Source: Polyangiales bacterium (GTDB taxonomy: Bacteria; Myxococcota_A; Polyangia; Polyangiales; Ga0077539). From it: a stretch of 64,000 nucleotides of DNA. Made by a program: the position numbers and the translations under genes. Shown here in pieces: positions 51,511 through 63,500 of this stretch. Positions within the stretch are counted from its first letter, which is position 1. Each line of letters starts with the position of its first letter. The stretch spans positions 86,356-150,355 of the forward strand of contig JBGARZ010000024.1 of assembly GCA_044229975.1 (NCBI GenBank), in the 5' to 3' direction. Below the pieces are notes generated by a model. That model made no database searches. It had not been told where the DNA came from and saw nothing but the letters and a program-made list of their open reading frames with translations.

Positions 51511-54500
51511 ATGAAGGTCCGGTGGACACCAACAGCGATCCTGATTGCCGCGCTGCTGGCCCTCGTGGGCTGTGGCGGCGGCGGCTCGCTCGTCGGGTTC
51601 GAGGACGCGTCGGTCACCATCGCCTTCGACGCGCCGGCGCCCATGGACGTGACGGACGACTTCGAGGGGCCCAACGACGGCGCCTCCGACCTGGTCGAGA
51701 CCGGCGAGCGCGTCACTCCTCCTCTCCCCTGTCGTGACAACGACGGCGACCGCTACGGCTTTGGCATCGGGTGCATCAACGTCGACTGCGACGACACCAA
51801 CGCCAACATCACCGACCAGTGTTACTGCGACCGCGTCCCCAACGTGCGCCAGGGCTGCCTCTGTCAGCTCGGCGCCGCGCCGCTCGGCTGTGACCTCGAC
51901 ACGGGCCTGAGCCGCGGGGCCGAGCTCGCCTGCAACCTTGGCCAGCGCAACTGCGAGCCCGTGCCCGGCAACCCGGAGACGGGTCAGTGGTCCGCGTGCC
52001 GTCAGTGGCGTGAAGACTTCCGTCGGCCCACGCGCTTCGTTGGTGTGGTCTCGCAGTGCCCGGGCAGCTGCTCGCCCGACTGTCGCCACCAGGTCATCTG
52101 CCCCGAGGCCAGCGACCCGATCCCGGCCGGCTCGTCGAACGTCTCCGTCGCCGATGTCGCGCACGCGGTGTTCTGCCCGGGCGGCGCGGGCACCCGCGGC
52201 GGCATCACGTCGACCTGCACCACCGGCATGGGCGGCACGTACACCCGCGGCGCTTCGCCCACGGCGTGGCGCGATGCGTGCGCGGCGCCGGGCCACCAGA
52301 ACATCCTGCTGAACTCCGACGACGGCATCGCGCCGGTCACGTTGCCGTTCCAGTTCCAGTTCTATGGGACGCCCTTCCTCACGGCGGGCATCGCCGCCAA
52401 CGGCATGGTGTCGTTCGACACCCCGACCCCCAGCGGTGCCAACGGCAACCTCCCGACGACCGACGTCGCCAACACGATCTTCGCGTTCTGGGATGACGTC
52501 GCCAACCGCTCGAGCGGCGCGTGCGTCGCGGTCTACGGCACCGCGCCCAACCGCGAGTACGTCGTCCAGTGGAACGACCAGTTCTTCTCCGGGTCGGCTA
52601 CGCCCGCCTCCGAGCACCTGACCTACCAGGTGGTGTTGACCGAGACGTCCAACACCATCGACGTCATCTACAACCAGATGATGGGGCAGGGCACCCGGGC
52701 TGATGGCAGCTCGGCCACCGTCGGCCTGCAGCAGGGCACTGGGGCCTCCACCGACCTCGTCGGCTACAACGTCTCGGGCGTCACCCCGGCGGGCCGCACG
52801 ATCCGGTGGACCCCGGTCACCGGCGCGACGGCCTGCAGCGATGGCATCTACCGTCGCGTCTACGAGGGCACGACCTGCAGCGGCATCGACGCGCCGTTCT
52901 GGGGGCAGTTCAACTTCTCCTCCATCGTCCCGCCGGGTACGAGCATCCAGTTCCGGGTGCGCGTGGCGGAGACGGCGGCTGGCCTCGGCACCGCGCCCTG
53001 GATCGATCTGCCGGAAGCCCCCAATGGCGCGCCTGTGTTGCCGACCAGCAACCGCGACGTCGGTGCGCTCATCCGCGTGTCGATGCCGACGCTCGTGGGT
53101 GCGGACCACTTCCGCTTCCTGGAGCTCGAAGCACGGCTGATTGCCTCGGCCGATCGGCGGCTGGCCCCGACGCTCATCTCGACGGAGATGCAGTTCACCT
53201 GTGCTCCGCCTGAGGATGTCGCGTGCCGTTCGGGCGGCCTGTGCACCTTCGGCCCGGCCTCCAACTGCCGCCGCGGTCGCATCGACTGCCTCAACTCCAC
53301 GGGCGGTCGCCTGGTCGAGACGTGCGTCGACGACGGCGTGGCGGCCCCCGGAACGACCTGCGGTACGGGTTCGGTCTGCAACGGAACGGGCATGTGCGTG
53401 CCCTGCACGGAGGGTGCTGCGTGCAGCACGGGCGCTGCGTGCAGCACGGGCGAGATCCGTTGCACCACGGGCGCGCCGGTCTGCACGGTGGTCTCGCAGC
53501 TCCCGGTCGGCACCGTCTGCGGTGGCAGCACCGACACCTATACCCGCACCCGTCCGTCGCCGATGCCTTGGGTCGATGTCTGCGCGCTCCCCGGCCATCT
53601 GACCTTCCAGGTGAACGGCGACGACGGGGTGGTCCCCGCTCAGACCCTTCCCTTCCCGTTCCGCTTCTACGGCAGCCCGTACACGTCCGCCGCCCTCGCG
53701 ACGAACGGCATGATGTCGTTCGTGACGCCGACCATGGCGGCGATCAACAGCATGCTGCCGACGACGTCGGTCGAGAACACGATCTTCGCGTTCTGGGACG
53801 ACATCCACCTCCGGACCACGAGCGGCATCTGCACGGCCACGGTCGGGACGGCCCCGCTGCGCCGCTACATCGCGGAGTGGGACGACGCGTACTTCTTCAC
53901 GGGCGGTCCTCCCAGCGCGAGCGAGCACCTCACCTTCGAGCTGAGCCTCTCGGAGGGCAACCACGCGATCGACGTCCTGTACTACCGGATGGACGGCGGC
54001 ACCCGGGCGACCGGCGACAGCGCCACCATCGGCATCCAGCAGCTCGCCGGGCCGACGGCTGACCAGGTGAGCTTCAACGTCGCGGGCATCGCCTCGGCAG
54101 GCAGCTCGATCCGCTGGCTGCCGGGCGCTCCCAATGTCTGCGACTCGATGGCCAACTGCGTGCCCTGCGCGGCGGGTGCTCCCTGCACGCCGTCGGGTGG
54201 CGTTGCCTGCGCGATCGGCGTGACGAGCTGCGATACCGGTGTCGCGGTGTGCATGAGCTCGGGCGTCCGACCGTCGACGACGGAGACCTGCAACGGCGTC
54301 GACGACGACTGCGACGGCGTGATCGACAATGGCGTCATGCAGGGTTGCTACACGGGCGCGACCGGCACGAGCGGTGTGGGCGTCTGCCGCGCGGGCGTGC
54401 AGACCTGCACCGCGGGGGCGTGGGGCACGTGTACGGGTCAGGTCACGCCGGGCGCCGAGACCTGCAACGCCCTCGACGACGACTGCGATGGCAGCGTCGA

Positions 54501-57500
54501 CGAGAGCGTCTCGCAGAGCTGCTACACGGGCGCGACGGGTACGAGCGGCGTGGGCGTCTGCGCGCCGGGCCTGCAGACCTGCACCGCGGGGGCGTGGGGT
54601 TCGTGCGCGGGTCAGGTCACGCCGTCCGCCGAGCTCTGCAACGCCCTCGACGACGACTGCGACGGCATGACCGACGAGACCGTGACGCAGGGCTGCTACA
54701 CGGGCCCGACGGGCACTGGTGGCGTCGGCGTCTGCCGCGCGGGCACGGCCACCTGCACCGCGGGCGCCTGGGGTACCTGCATGAGCCAGGTGACTCCGGT
54801 GTCGGAGATCTGCAACGCCCTCGACGACGACTGCAACGGCGCCATCGACAACGGCGTCACGCAGAACTGCTACACGGGCCCGACGGGTACGCGCCTGGTC
54901 GGTCGCTGCCGCGACGGCATCTCGACCTGCTCGGTCGGCGCTTGGGGCACCTGCTCAGGCCAGGTGCTCCCGGCGGTGGAGACCTGCAACAACATCGACG
55001 ACGACTGCGACGGCACGATCGACGACGGCATCGCCGAGGCTTGCTACACGGGCCCGACGGGCACCCAGGGTGTGGGCCAGTGCCACGGCGGGTCGCGCAT
55101 GTGCTCGGGCGGCTTGTTCGGCGTCGCCTGCCCGGGTGAGGTCACGCCGGTCCTGGAGGTTTGCAACGGCCTCGACGACGATTGCGACGGCATGGTCGAC
55201 GAGGGTCTCGGGACCACCACCTGCGGTGCGGGTCTCTGCGCTCGTACGGTGAGCAACTGCGTGGGCGGTGTCCCGCAGGTGTGCGTACCCGGCGGCAGCG
55301 GCACGGAGACCTGCAACGGCCTCGACGACGACTGCGACGGCATGGTCGACGAGGGCCTGACCATGGCCTGCTACACGGGCGCCATGGGCACCAACGGCGT
55401 GGGCCTCTGCCACGGCGGCACGCTGACCTGCAGCGCGGGCTCGTGGGGCACGTGCGCGGGCCAGGTGACCCCGGTCGCGGAGATCTGCAACAGCCTCGAC
55501 GACGACTGCGACGGCCCGGTCGACGAGACCTTCCCGACGCTGGGTACCTCCTGCACGGCGGGCGTGGGTGCCTGCGTTCGCTCGGGCACCGTGGTGTGCC
55601 GCGGCGACGGCACCGGGGTGCAGTGCAGCGCGACCGCCGGCATGGTGGGCGTCGAGGTCTGTAACAACATCGACGACGACTGTGACGGCATGGTCGACGA
55701 GGGCGTGACGCAGAGCTGCTACGGCGGCCCGATGGGCTCGGCGGGCGTCGGCCTGTGCCGCCCGGGAACGCAGACCTGCGGCGCCGGCACGTGGGGCACC
55801 TGCACGGGCGCGGTTCTGCCTGCGGCGGAGATCTGCAACAACCTGGATGACGACTGCAACGGCGCCATCGACAACGGCGTTGCACGTAGCTGCTACACGG
55901 GGCCGACCGGGACGAGCGGTGTCGGCGTTTGCCGTCCGGGTTCGCAGGCATGCACCGCGGGTACGTGGGCGAGCAGCTGCATGGGTCAGGTGCTCCCGGG
56001 CACCGAGGTCTGCAACGGTATCGACGACGACTGCGATGGTCAGGCAGACGACGGAGCGACCAACAGCTGCGCGGCGCCGAGCGACCTCGGTATCGTGCGG
56101 CTCGGGGAGTCGGTCACGCAGACGACCTTCATGCCTGGTGGTAGCGGTGAGCAGTGGTACCAGATCACGTTCCCGCCGGACTACGACTACAACATGCACG
56201 GCGTGGGGACGCCCACGATCAACCTCACCGGCATGGAGGTGACGAGCGGCACCCTGCGGATGCAGGTGTTCGTTAGCGGGACGGCGGTCGCCGACTGCGC
56301 GGCGGCGGCGTCGTGCGGCCTCGACCTTCGGAGCTGGCAGTTCATCGACAACCAGTCCGTGGGCGGTGGCACCCCGACGGGCGCGTACTCGACGCGCACC
56401 AGGGTGTGGCCTCGGACGGTGTTGGTTCGCGTCTACCGTCCGAGCGGCGTGGGCCTGGGTTGTGGGCTCTACACGCTGTTCATCTCTCGCTGCACTTGCG
56501 GGATGCCCGGGTGCACGGCGCCATCGGGGTCGCTCCCGGCGGAGACCTGCGACGGGATCGACAACGACTGCAACGGCCTCATCGACGAGGGCTTCTGCCG
56601 CATCGGCGGCGTCTGCTTCAACGATGGCCAGCTCAACCCGGCCAACAACTGCCAGGTGTGCACGGTTCCGTCGTCGACGGTCGCAGGCCCGACGACTTGG
56701 AACAACGTTGCAGCAGGCGTCGTGTGTCGCGTGTCGGCGGGCGTCTGCGACGTAGCGGAGACCTGCGGTGGTACCGGTGCCGCGTGTCCGACGGACGCCT
56801 TCCGGTCGTCGAGCACGGTGTGTCGCGCGTCGGCCGGTGTCTGCGACGCGGCGGAGAGCTGCACGGGCAGCGCCGCGGCGTGCCCGGTGGACTCGCCGAG
56901 CGCCCCCGGGTCGTCGTGCAGCCCGCCGGTCAGCGGCACCTGCTCGGGCTTTACCTGCGGCTGCCCGGCGGGTCAGGCCAGCTGCTCTGGCACCTGCCTC
57001 CCGACGGGTGGCGCTTGCACGGTGGGCGTTGGCTCCTGTGCTCGAACGGGTGTCGTCATCTGCGGCACCGGTCCGACGTCGACCTGCTCGGTGATGGCGG
57101 GCGCCCCGACGCCTGAGGTCTGCGACGGCCTCGACAACGACTGCAACGGCCTCATCGACGAGGGCTTCTGCCGCATCGGTGGCGTCTGCTTCAGCAATGG
57201 CCAGCTCAACCCGGCCAACAACTGCCAGCAGTGCGTGGTGCCGCCGTTGACGGTCGCGGGTCCGACGACCTGGGGCAACGTCGCGGCCGGTACGGTATGC
57301 CGTGCGGCGGCGGGTGTCTGCGACACGCAAGAGGTTTGCGCGGGTACGGGTGCGGCGTGTCCGGCCAACGCGTTCCTGCCGTCGAGCACGGTGTGCCGCG
57401 CCAACAACGGTGGCGGCTGCGACGTGGCGGAGACCTGCACGGGTTCGACGGCGGCGTGCCCGGCGGACAGCGCTCTTGCGGCTGGCACGGTGTGCCGCGC

Positions 57501-60500
57501 GACGGCGGGTGCCTGCGACGTGGCCGAGACCTGCGGCGGCACCTCGGCGGCTTGTCCGAGCGACGCCTTCCTGATGGTCGGTACGGTGTGCCGCGCCAGC
57601 AACGGCGGCGGCTGCGACGTGGCCGAGAGCTGCACCGGTAGCTCGGCGGCCTGCCCGGCCGACGTGGGCGGCATGGCGGGCACGATCTGCCGCGCGGCGG
57701 CCGGCCCCTGCGATGTGGCCGAGGTCTGCGGCAGCTCCAGCGCGCCGTGCCCGGTTGATGCGTTCCAGCCGTCGAGCACGGTGTGCCGCGCCAACAACGG
57801 CCTGGGTTGTGACGTCGCAGAGAACTGCACGGGCAGCGCGGCGGCGTGTCCGACCGATGTGGGCGTCGCTTCGGGCACGGTCTGCCGCGCGGCGGCGGGC
57901 TCGTGCGACACCGCGGAGAGCTGCAACGGATCGAGCTCGGCTTGCCCGGCGGATAGCTTCCTCCCGTCCACCACGGTGTGTCGCGTGGCGGCGGGTGTGT
58001 GCGACGTGGCCGAGAGCTGCACGGGTGCATCGGCAGCGTGTCCGGTCAACGGCTTCCAGTCGTCGAGCACGGTGTGCCGTGCGGACAACGGTGGCGGCTG
58101 CGACGTGGCGGAGACCTGCACGGGCAGCTCGGTCACCTGCCCGGCCGACGGCGCGCGTGCTGCGGGCACCGTGTGCCGCGCCGTAGCGGGCACCTGCGAT
58201 GTGCAGGAGGTTTGCGGCGGCACCAGTGCGGCGTGTCCGACCAATGCGTTCCTGCCGTCGAGCACGGTGTGTCGCGCCAACAACGGCGGCGGCTGCGACG
58301 TGGCGGAGAACTGCACGGGCAGCGCAGCAGCGTGTCCGGCGGACAACGCGGTGGCGGCAGGCACGATCTGCCGCGCTGTGGCGGGTGCTTGCGACGTAGC
58401 TGAGACCTGCACAGGCACCAGCACTCCGTGTGCGGCTGATGCGTTCGTGATGGTCGGTACGGTGTGTCGCGCGGGCAACGGCGGCGGCTGCGACGTGGCC
58501 GAGAGCTGCACGGGCACCGCGGCGGCGTGTCCGCCCGACGTCGGCGCGGGCGCGGGCACGGTGTGTCGCGCGGCGGCTGGACCTTGCGATGTGCAGGAGG
58601 TTTGCGGCAGCACCAGCGCGCCGTGCCCGACCAACGTGTTCCTGCCGTCGAGCACGGTGTGCCGCGCGTCGGCGGGCGTGTGCGATACGGCCGAGAGCTG
58701 CACCGGTAGCGCGGCGGCCTGCCCGACCAACGTGTTCCTGCCGTCGAGCACGGTGTGCCGCGCCAACAACGGTCTGGGTTGTGACGTGGCCGAGAGCTGC
58801 ACGGGTAGCGCGGCTGCCTGCCCGGCGGATGTAGGCGTCGCGTCGGGCACGATCTGCCGCGCGGTGGCGGGCGTGTGCGACGCCGCGGAGACCTGCGACG
58901 GGTCGAGCATGGCGTGCCCGGCCAACGTGTTCCTGCCGTCGACCACGGTGTGTCGCGCCAACAACATGGGCGGCTGCGACGTGGCCGAGAGCTGCACGGG
59001 TAGCGCGGCGACGTGTCCTGCGGATGGCGCGCTTGCGGCGGGTACGGTGTGCCGCGCGTCGGCGGGCTTCTGTGATCCGGCCGAGACCTGCACCGGCACC
59101 AGCACGCCGTGCGTGGCCAACGTGTTCTCTCCGTCGAGCACGGTGTGCCGTGCGTCGGCGGGTGTGTGCGACCCGGCCGAGAACTGCACGGGCTCCACGG
59201 CGCTCTGCCCGACGGACGCGTTCTCCCCGTCGAGCACGGTGTGTCGCGCGGTGGCGGGCGTGTGCGATGCGGCCGAGAACTGCACGGGTTCGACCGCGCC
59301 GTGTCCGGCGGATGTGTTCCTGCCGTCGACCACGGTCTGCCGCATGAGCAACGGTGGTGGCTGCGACGTTCAGGAAGCCTGCACGGGCTCGATGGCAGCG
59401 TGCCCGCCGGACCTGGGCATGGGCGCCGGCACCGTCTGCCGCATCGCGGCGGGCGTGTGCGACGTGGCTGAGGTGTGCGGGTCGACCAGCGCGGCGTGTC
59501 CGGCGGATGTGTTCCTGCCCTCGAGCACGGTGTGTCGCGCGGCGGCGGACGTGTGCGACCAGTCGGAGAGCTGCACGGGCTCCATGGCGGCGTGCCCGGC
59601 CAACGGCTTCCGTCCGTCGAGCACGGTGTGCCGCGCGGTGGCGGGCCCCTGCGACCTCGCTGAGAACTGCACGGGCTCGGGCATCGCGTGTCCGACCGAC
59701 TTGTTCCGCCCGTCGAGCACGGTGTGCCGCGCGTCGGTCGACTCGACCTGCGACGTGGCCGAGAGCTGCACGGGTGCGATGGCGGCGTGTCCGGCGGACG
59801 TGGTTCGCCCGATGGGCACCGTGTGCCGCCCGTCGGTCAACCAGCCGTACTGCGATCCGACGGAGACCTGCACGGGTTCGAGCGGCTTCTGCCCGCCCAA
59901 CACGGTGACCCGCGCGCCGGTGTCGGAAGCTCCGCCGATCTCGGTGGCGTGCAACGGCGTCGACGATGACTGCGATGGCGTCGTCGACAATGGCGTCGCG
60001 ACGACGTGTGCGTCGCCGACCAACCTCGGCACCGTCGGCTCGGGCGGCTCGATCACGCAGACGACCTATATGTCGTCCGTCTCCGGCGCCGAGCAGTGGT
60101 ACCTGGTCACGTTCCCGCCGAACTACGACTACAACATGCACGGCACGGGGACGCCGACGATCAACCTGTCGGGCGCGGGCGTGGCGAGCGGCCTGCTGCG
60201 CATGCAGGTGCTGGTGAGCGGTTCGACCTCGCCCAACTGCCTGGCTGCGGGGTCGTGCGCGCCGATGGACACCCTCCAGAGCTGGCAGTTCATCGACAAC
60301 GTGTCGCCGGCCGGCGGCTCTCCGACGGGCGCGTTCTCGACGCGTGATCGGGTCTGGCCGCAGACGGTGCTGATCCGGGTCTACCGTCCGGGCGGCGCTG
60401 CGATGTGTGGCACGTACACCCTGTCGATCTCGCGCTGCTCGTGCGGGATGCCCGGGTGCACGGCGCCGGTGGGCTCGTTCCCGGCGGAGACCTGCGACGG

Positions 60501-63500
60501 GATCGACAACGATTGCGATGGCCTCATCGACGAGGGCTTCTGCCGCATCGGTGGCACTTGCTACAGCAACGGCGACCTGAACCCGGCCAACAACTGTCAG
60601 GTGTGCACGGCGCCCAGCACCTCGGCGGGTCCATCGACCTGGGGCAACGTCGCGGCGGGCACGATCTGCCGTGTGTCGGCGGGTGTCTGCGACCCGGCCG
60701 AGACCTGCGGTGGTTCGGGCGCGGCGTGTCCGGCCAACGTGTTCTCTCCGTCGAGCACGGTGTGCCGCGCGTCGGCGGGCGTCTGCGATACGGCTGAGAC
60801 CTGCACTGGTTCGACTGCGGCGTGTCCGACCGACGTGTTCGTACCGTCGAGCACGGTGTGCCGCGCGTCGGCGGGCGTCTGCGACACGGCCGAGAGCTGC
60901 ACGGGCAGCGCGGCTGCTTGTCCGGGCGACAGCTTCGTGGCGGCCGGGACGGTCTGCCGTGCGGACAACGGTGGCGGTTGTGACGTGGCCGAGGCTTGCA
61001 CCGGCGTGGCGGCGGGCTGCCCGGCGGATGGTGGCCGCGGGGCGGGCACGGTCTGCCGCGCGGCCGCGGGGGTGTGCGACGTGGCGGAGGTTTGCGGCAG
61101 CACCAGCGCCGCGTGTCCTGCCAACGTGTTCTCTCCGTCGAGCACGGTGTGTCGCTCGTCGACGGGCGTCTGCGACCCGGCGGAGAGCTGCACGGGCTCG
61201 GCCGCGGCGTGTCCGACGGACGCGCTCTCTCCCTCGGGCACGGTGTGCCGCGCGTCGGCGGGCGTCTGCGACGTTGCTGAGACCTGCACGGGTAGTGCGT
61301 CGGCGTGTCCGGCGGACGTGTTCTCTCCGTCGAGCACGGTGTGCCGCGCGTCGGCGGGCGTGTGCGACGTGGCGGAGAGCTGCACGGGCTCGACCGCGGC
61401 GTGTCCGGGCGACGGATTCTTGCCGTCGAGCACGGTGTGCCGCGCGGACAACGGTGGCGGCTGCGACGTGGCGGAGAGCTGCACGGGCTCGATGGCGGCC
61501 TGCCCGGCGGATGGAGCGCGCGCCGCGGGCTTCGTGTGCCGCGCATCGGCAGGTGTCTGCGACCCGGCCGAGGCCTGCGGTGGCACCAGCGCGCCGTGCC
61601 CGACCAACGCGTTCTCTCCGTCGAGCACGGTGTGTCGCGCGTCGGCGGGTGTGTGCGACGTGGCCGAAAGCTGCACGGGCTCCACGGCCGCGTGTCCGGG
61701 TGACAGCTACTCTCCTGCGGGTACCGTGTGTCGCGCCAACAACGGCGGCGGCTGCGACGTGGCTGAGACCTGCACGGGTCTGGCTGTGACGTGCCCGGCC
61801 GACGTAGGCGTCGGCGCGGGCACGGTGTGCCGCGCGTCGGCGGGCGTCTGCGATCCGCAGGAGGTTTGCGGCGCCACCAGCGCGGCATGTCCGGCGAATG
61901 TGTTCTCTCCGTCGAGCACGGTGTGTCGCGCGACAGCGGGTGTGTGCGACGTGGCGGAGAACTGCACGGGCAGCGCGGCGGCGTGCCCGGCCGACGCGTT
62001 CTCTCCGTCGAGCACGGTGTGCCGCGCGTCGGCGGGCGTGTGCGACGTGGCCGAGAGCTGCACGGGCAGCGCGGCGGCGTGCCCGACGGATGGGTTCCAG
62101 TCGTCGGCGACGGTGTGCCGCGCGGCGGTGGCCGGTGGTTGCGACATCGCGGAGTCCTGCACGGGCAGTGCGGCGGCTTGTCCGTCGGACGTGGTCGCGA
62201 CGTCGGGCACGGTGTGCCGCGCGACGGCGGGTGTGTGCGATCCGCAGGAGACCTGCAACGGCGTCTCGAACGCCTGCCCGGCCAATGTCTTCTCCTCGTC
62301 GGCCACGGTGTGCCGCGCGTCGGCGGGCGTGTGCGACGTCGTCGAGAACTGCACGGGCAGCGCGGCGGCGTGCCCGGCGGATGGGTTCCTGTCGTCGGCG
62401 ACGGTGTGTCGCGCGGCGGTTGATACGACCTGCGACGTGGCCGAGAGCTGCACGGGCTCTGCGGCGGCGTGCCCGGCGGACGTGCTGCGCCCGATGGGCA
62501 CCGTCTGCCGCGCGTCGATCAACCAGCCGTACTGCGATCCGTCGGAGAGCTGCACGGGCTTGAGCGGCTTCTGTCCGCCCAACACGGTGACCCGCGCGCC
62601 GACCACCGAGATCTGCGACGCGATCGACAACGACTGCGATGGCCTGGTCGACGAGCTCTTCACGGGCACCTCGACGACGTGCACCACGGAGGTGAACCTC
62701 GCGCAGGGCCGCTCGACGAGCCTGTCGGTGCAGTACGGCACGGTCGCGCAGTTCGGCCCGCAGATCGCGGTCGATGGGTTGACCAGCGGCTTCTACACGG
62801 GCACCACGCCGAGCCAGCTGGCCATTGCCGAAACCGGTCTGGGTTGGTGGCAGGTTGACCTGGGCGGCAGCTACCAGGTCACCCGCGTGGTGGTCTTCGG
62901 CCGCACGGATGCCAGCCCGGGTCAGTCGCAGAACTTCTCGATCCAGACCTCCACGGACGGGTCGACCTGGACGCCGAGGGTGACCGTGGCCTCGGCGGTG
63001 CCGAGCTCGACCTCGTCCTTCGTCGCGACGACCCGTTATGTGCGTCTGCAGCGCCTGAGTGCCGACTACCTCTCGATCGCCGAGGTGCAGGTCTTCGGTT
63101 GCCCGGTTCCGTTGGGTCTCGCCTGCACGGTCGGCATTGGCGCCTGCACGGCGACGGGCACCCAGATCTGCGCCTCGGGCGGCGCCACGACGTCCTGCTC
63201 GGCGACGCCGGGTTCGCCGACCACGGAAACCTGCGACGGGGTCGACAACGACTGCGACGGCCTGACCGACGAGGGCTTCTGCCGCATCGGCGGCGTCTGC
63301 TTCACCACTGGCCAGCTCAACCCGGCCAACAACTGCCAGGTGTGTACGGTCCCGTCGTTGACGGTCTCGGGTCCGACGACCTGGGCCAACGTGGCAGCGG
63401 GCACGGTGTGTCGCGCCTCGGCGGGTGTGTGCGACGTGGCCGAGACCTGCGCGGGCACTGGCGCCGCGTGCCCGGCGAACGGGTTCCAGTCGTCGGCGAC

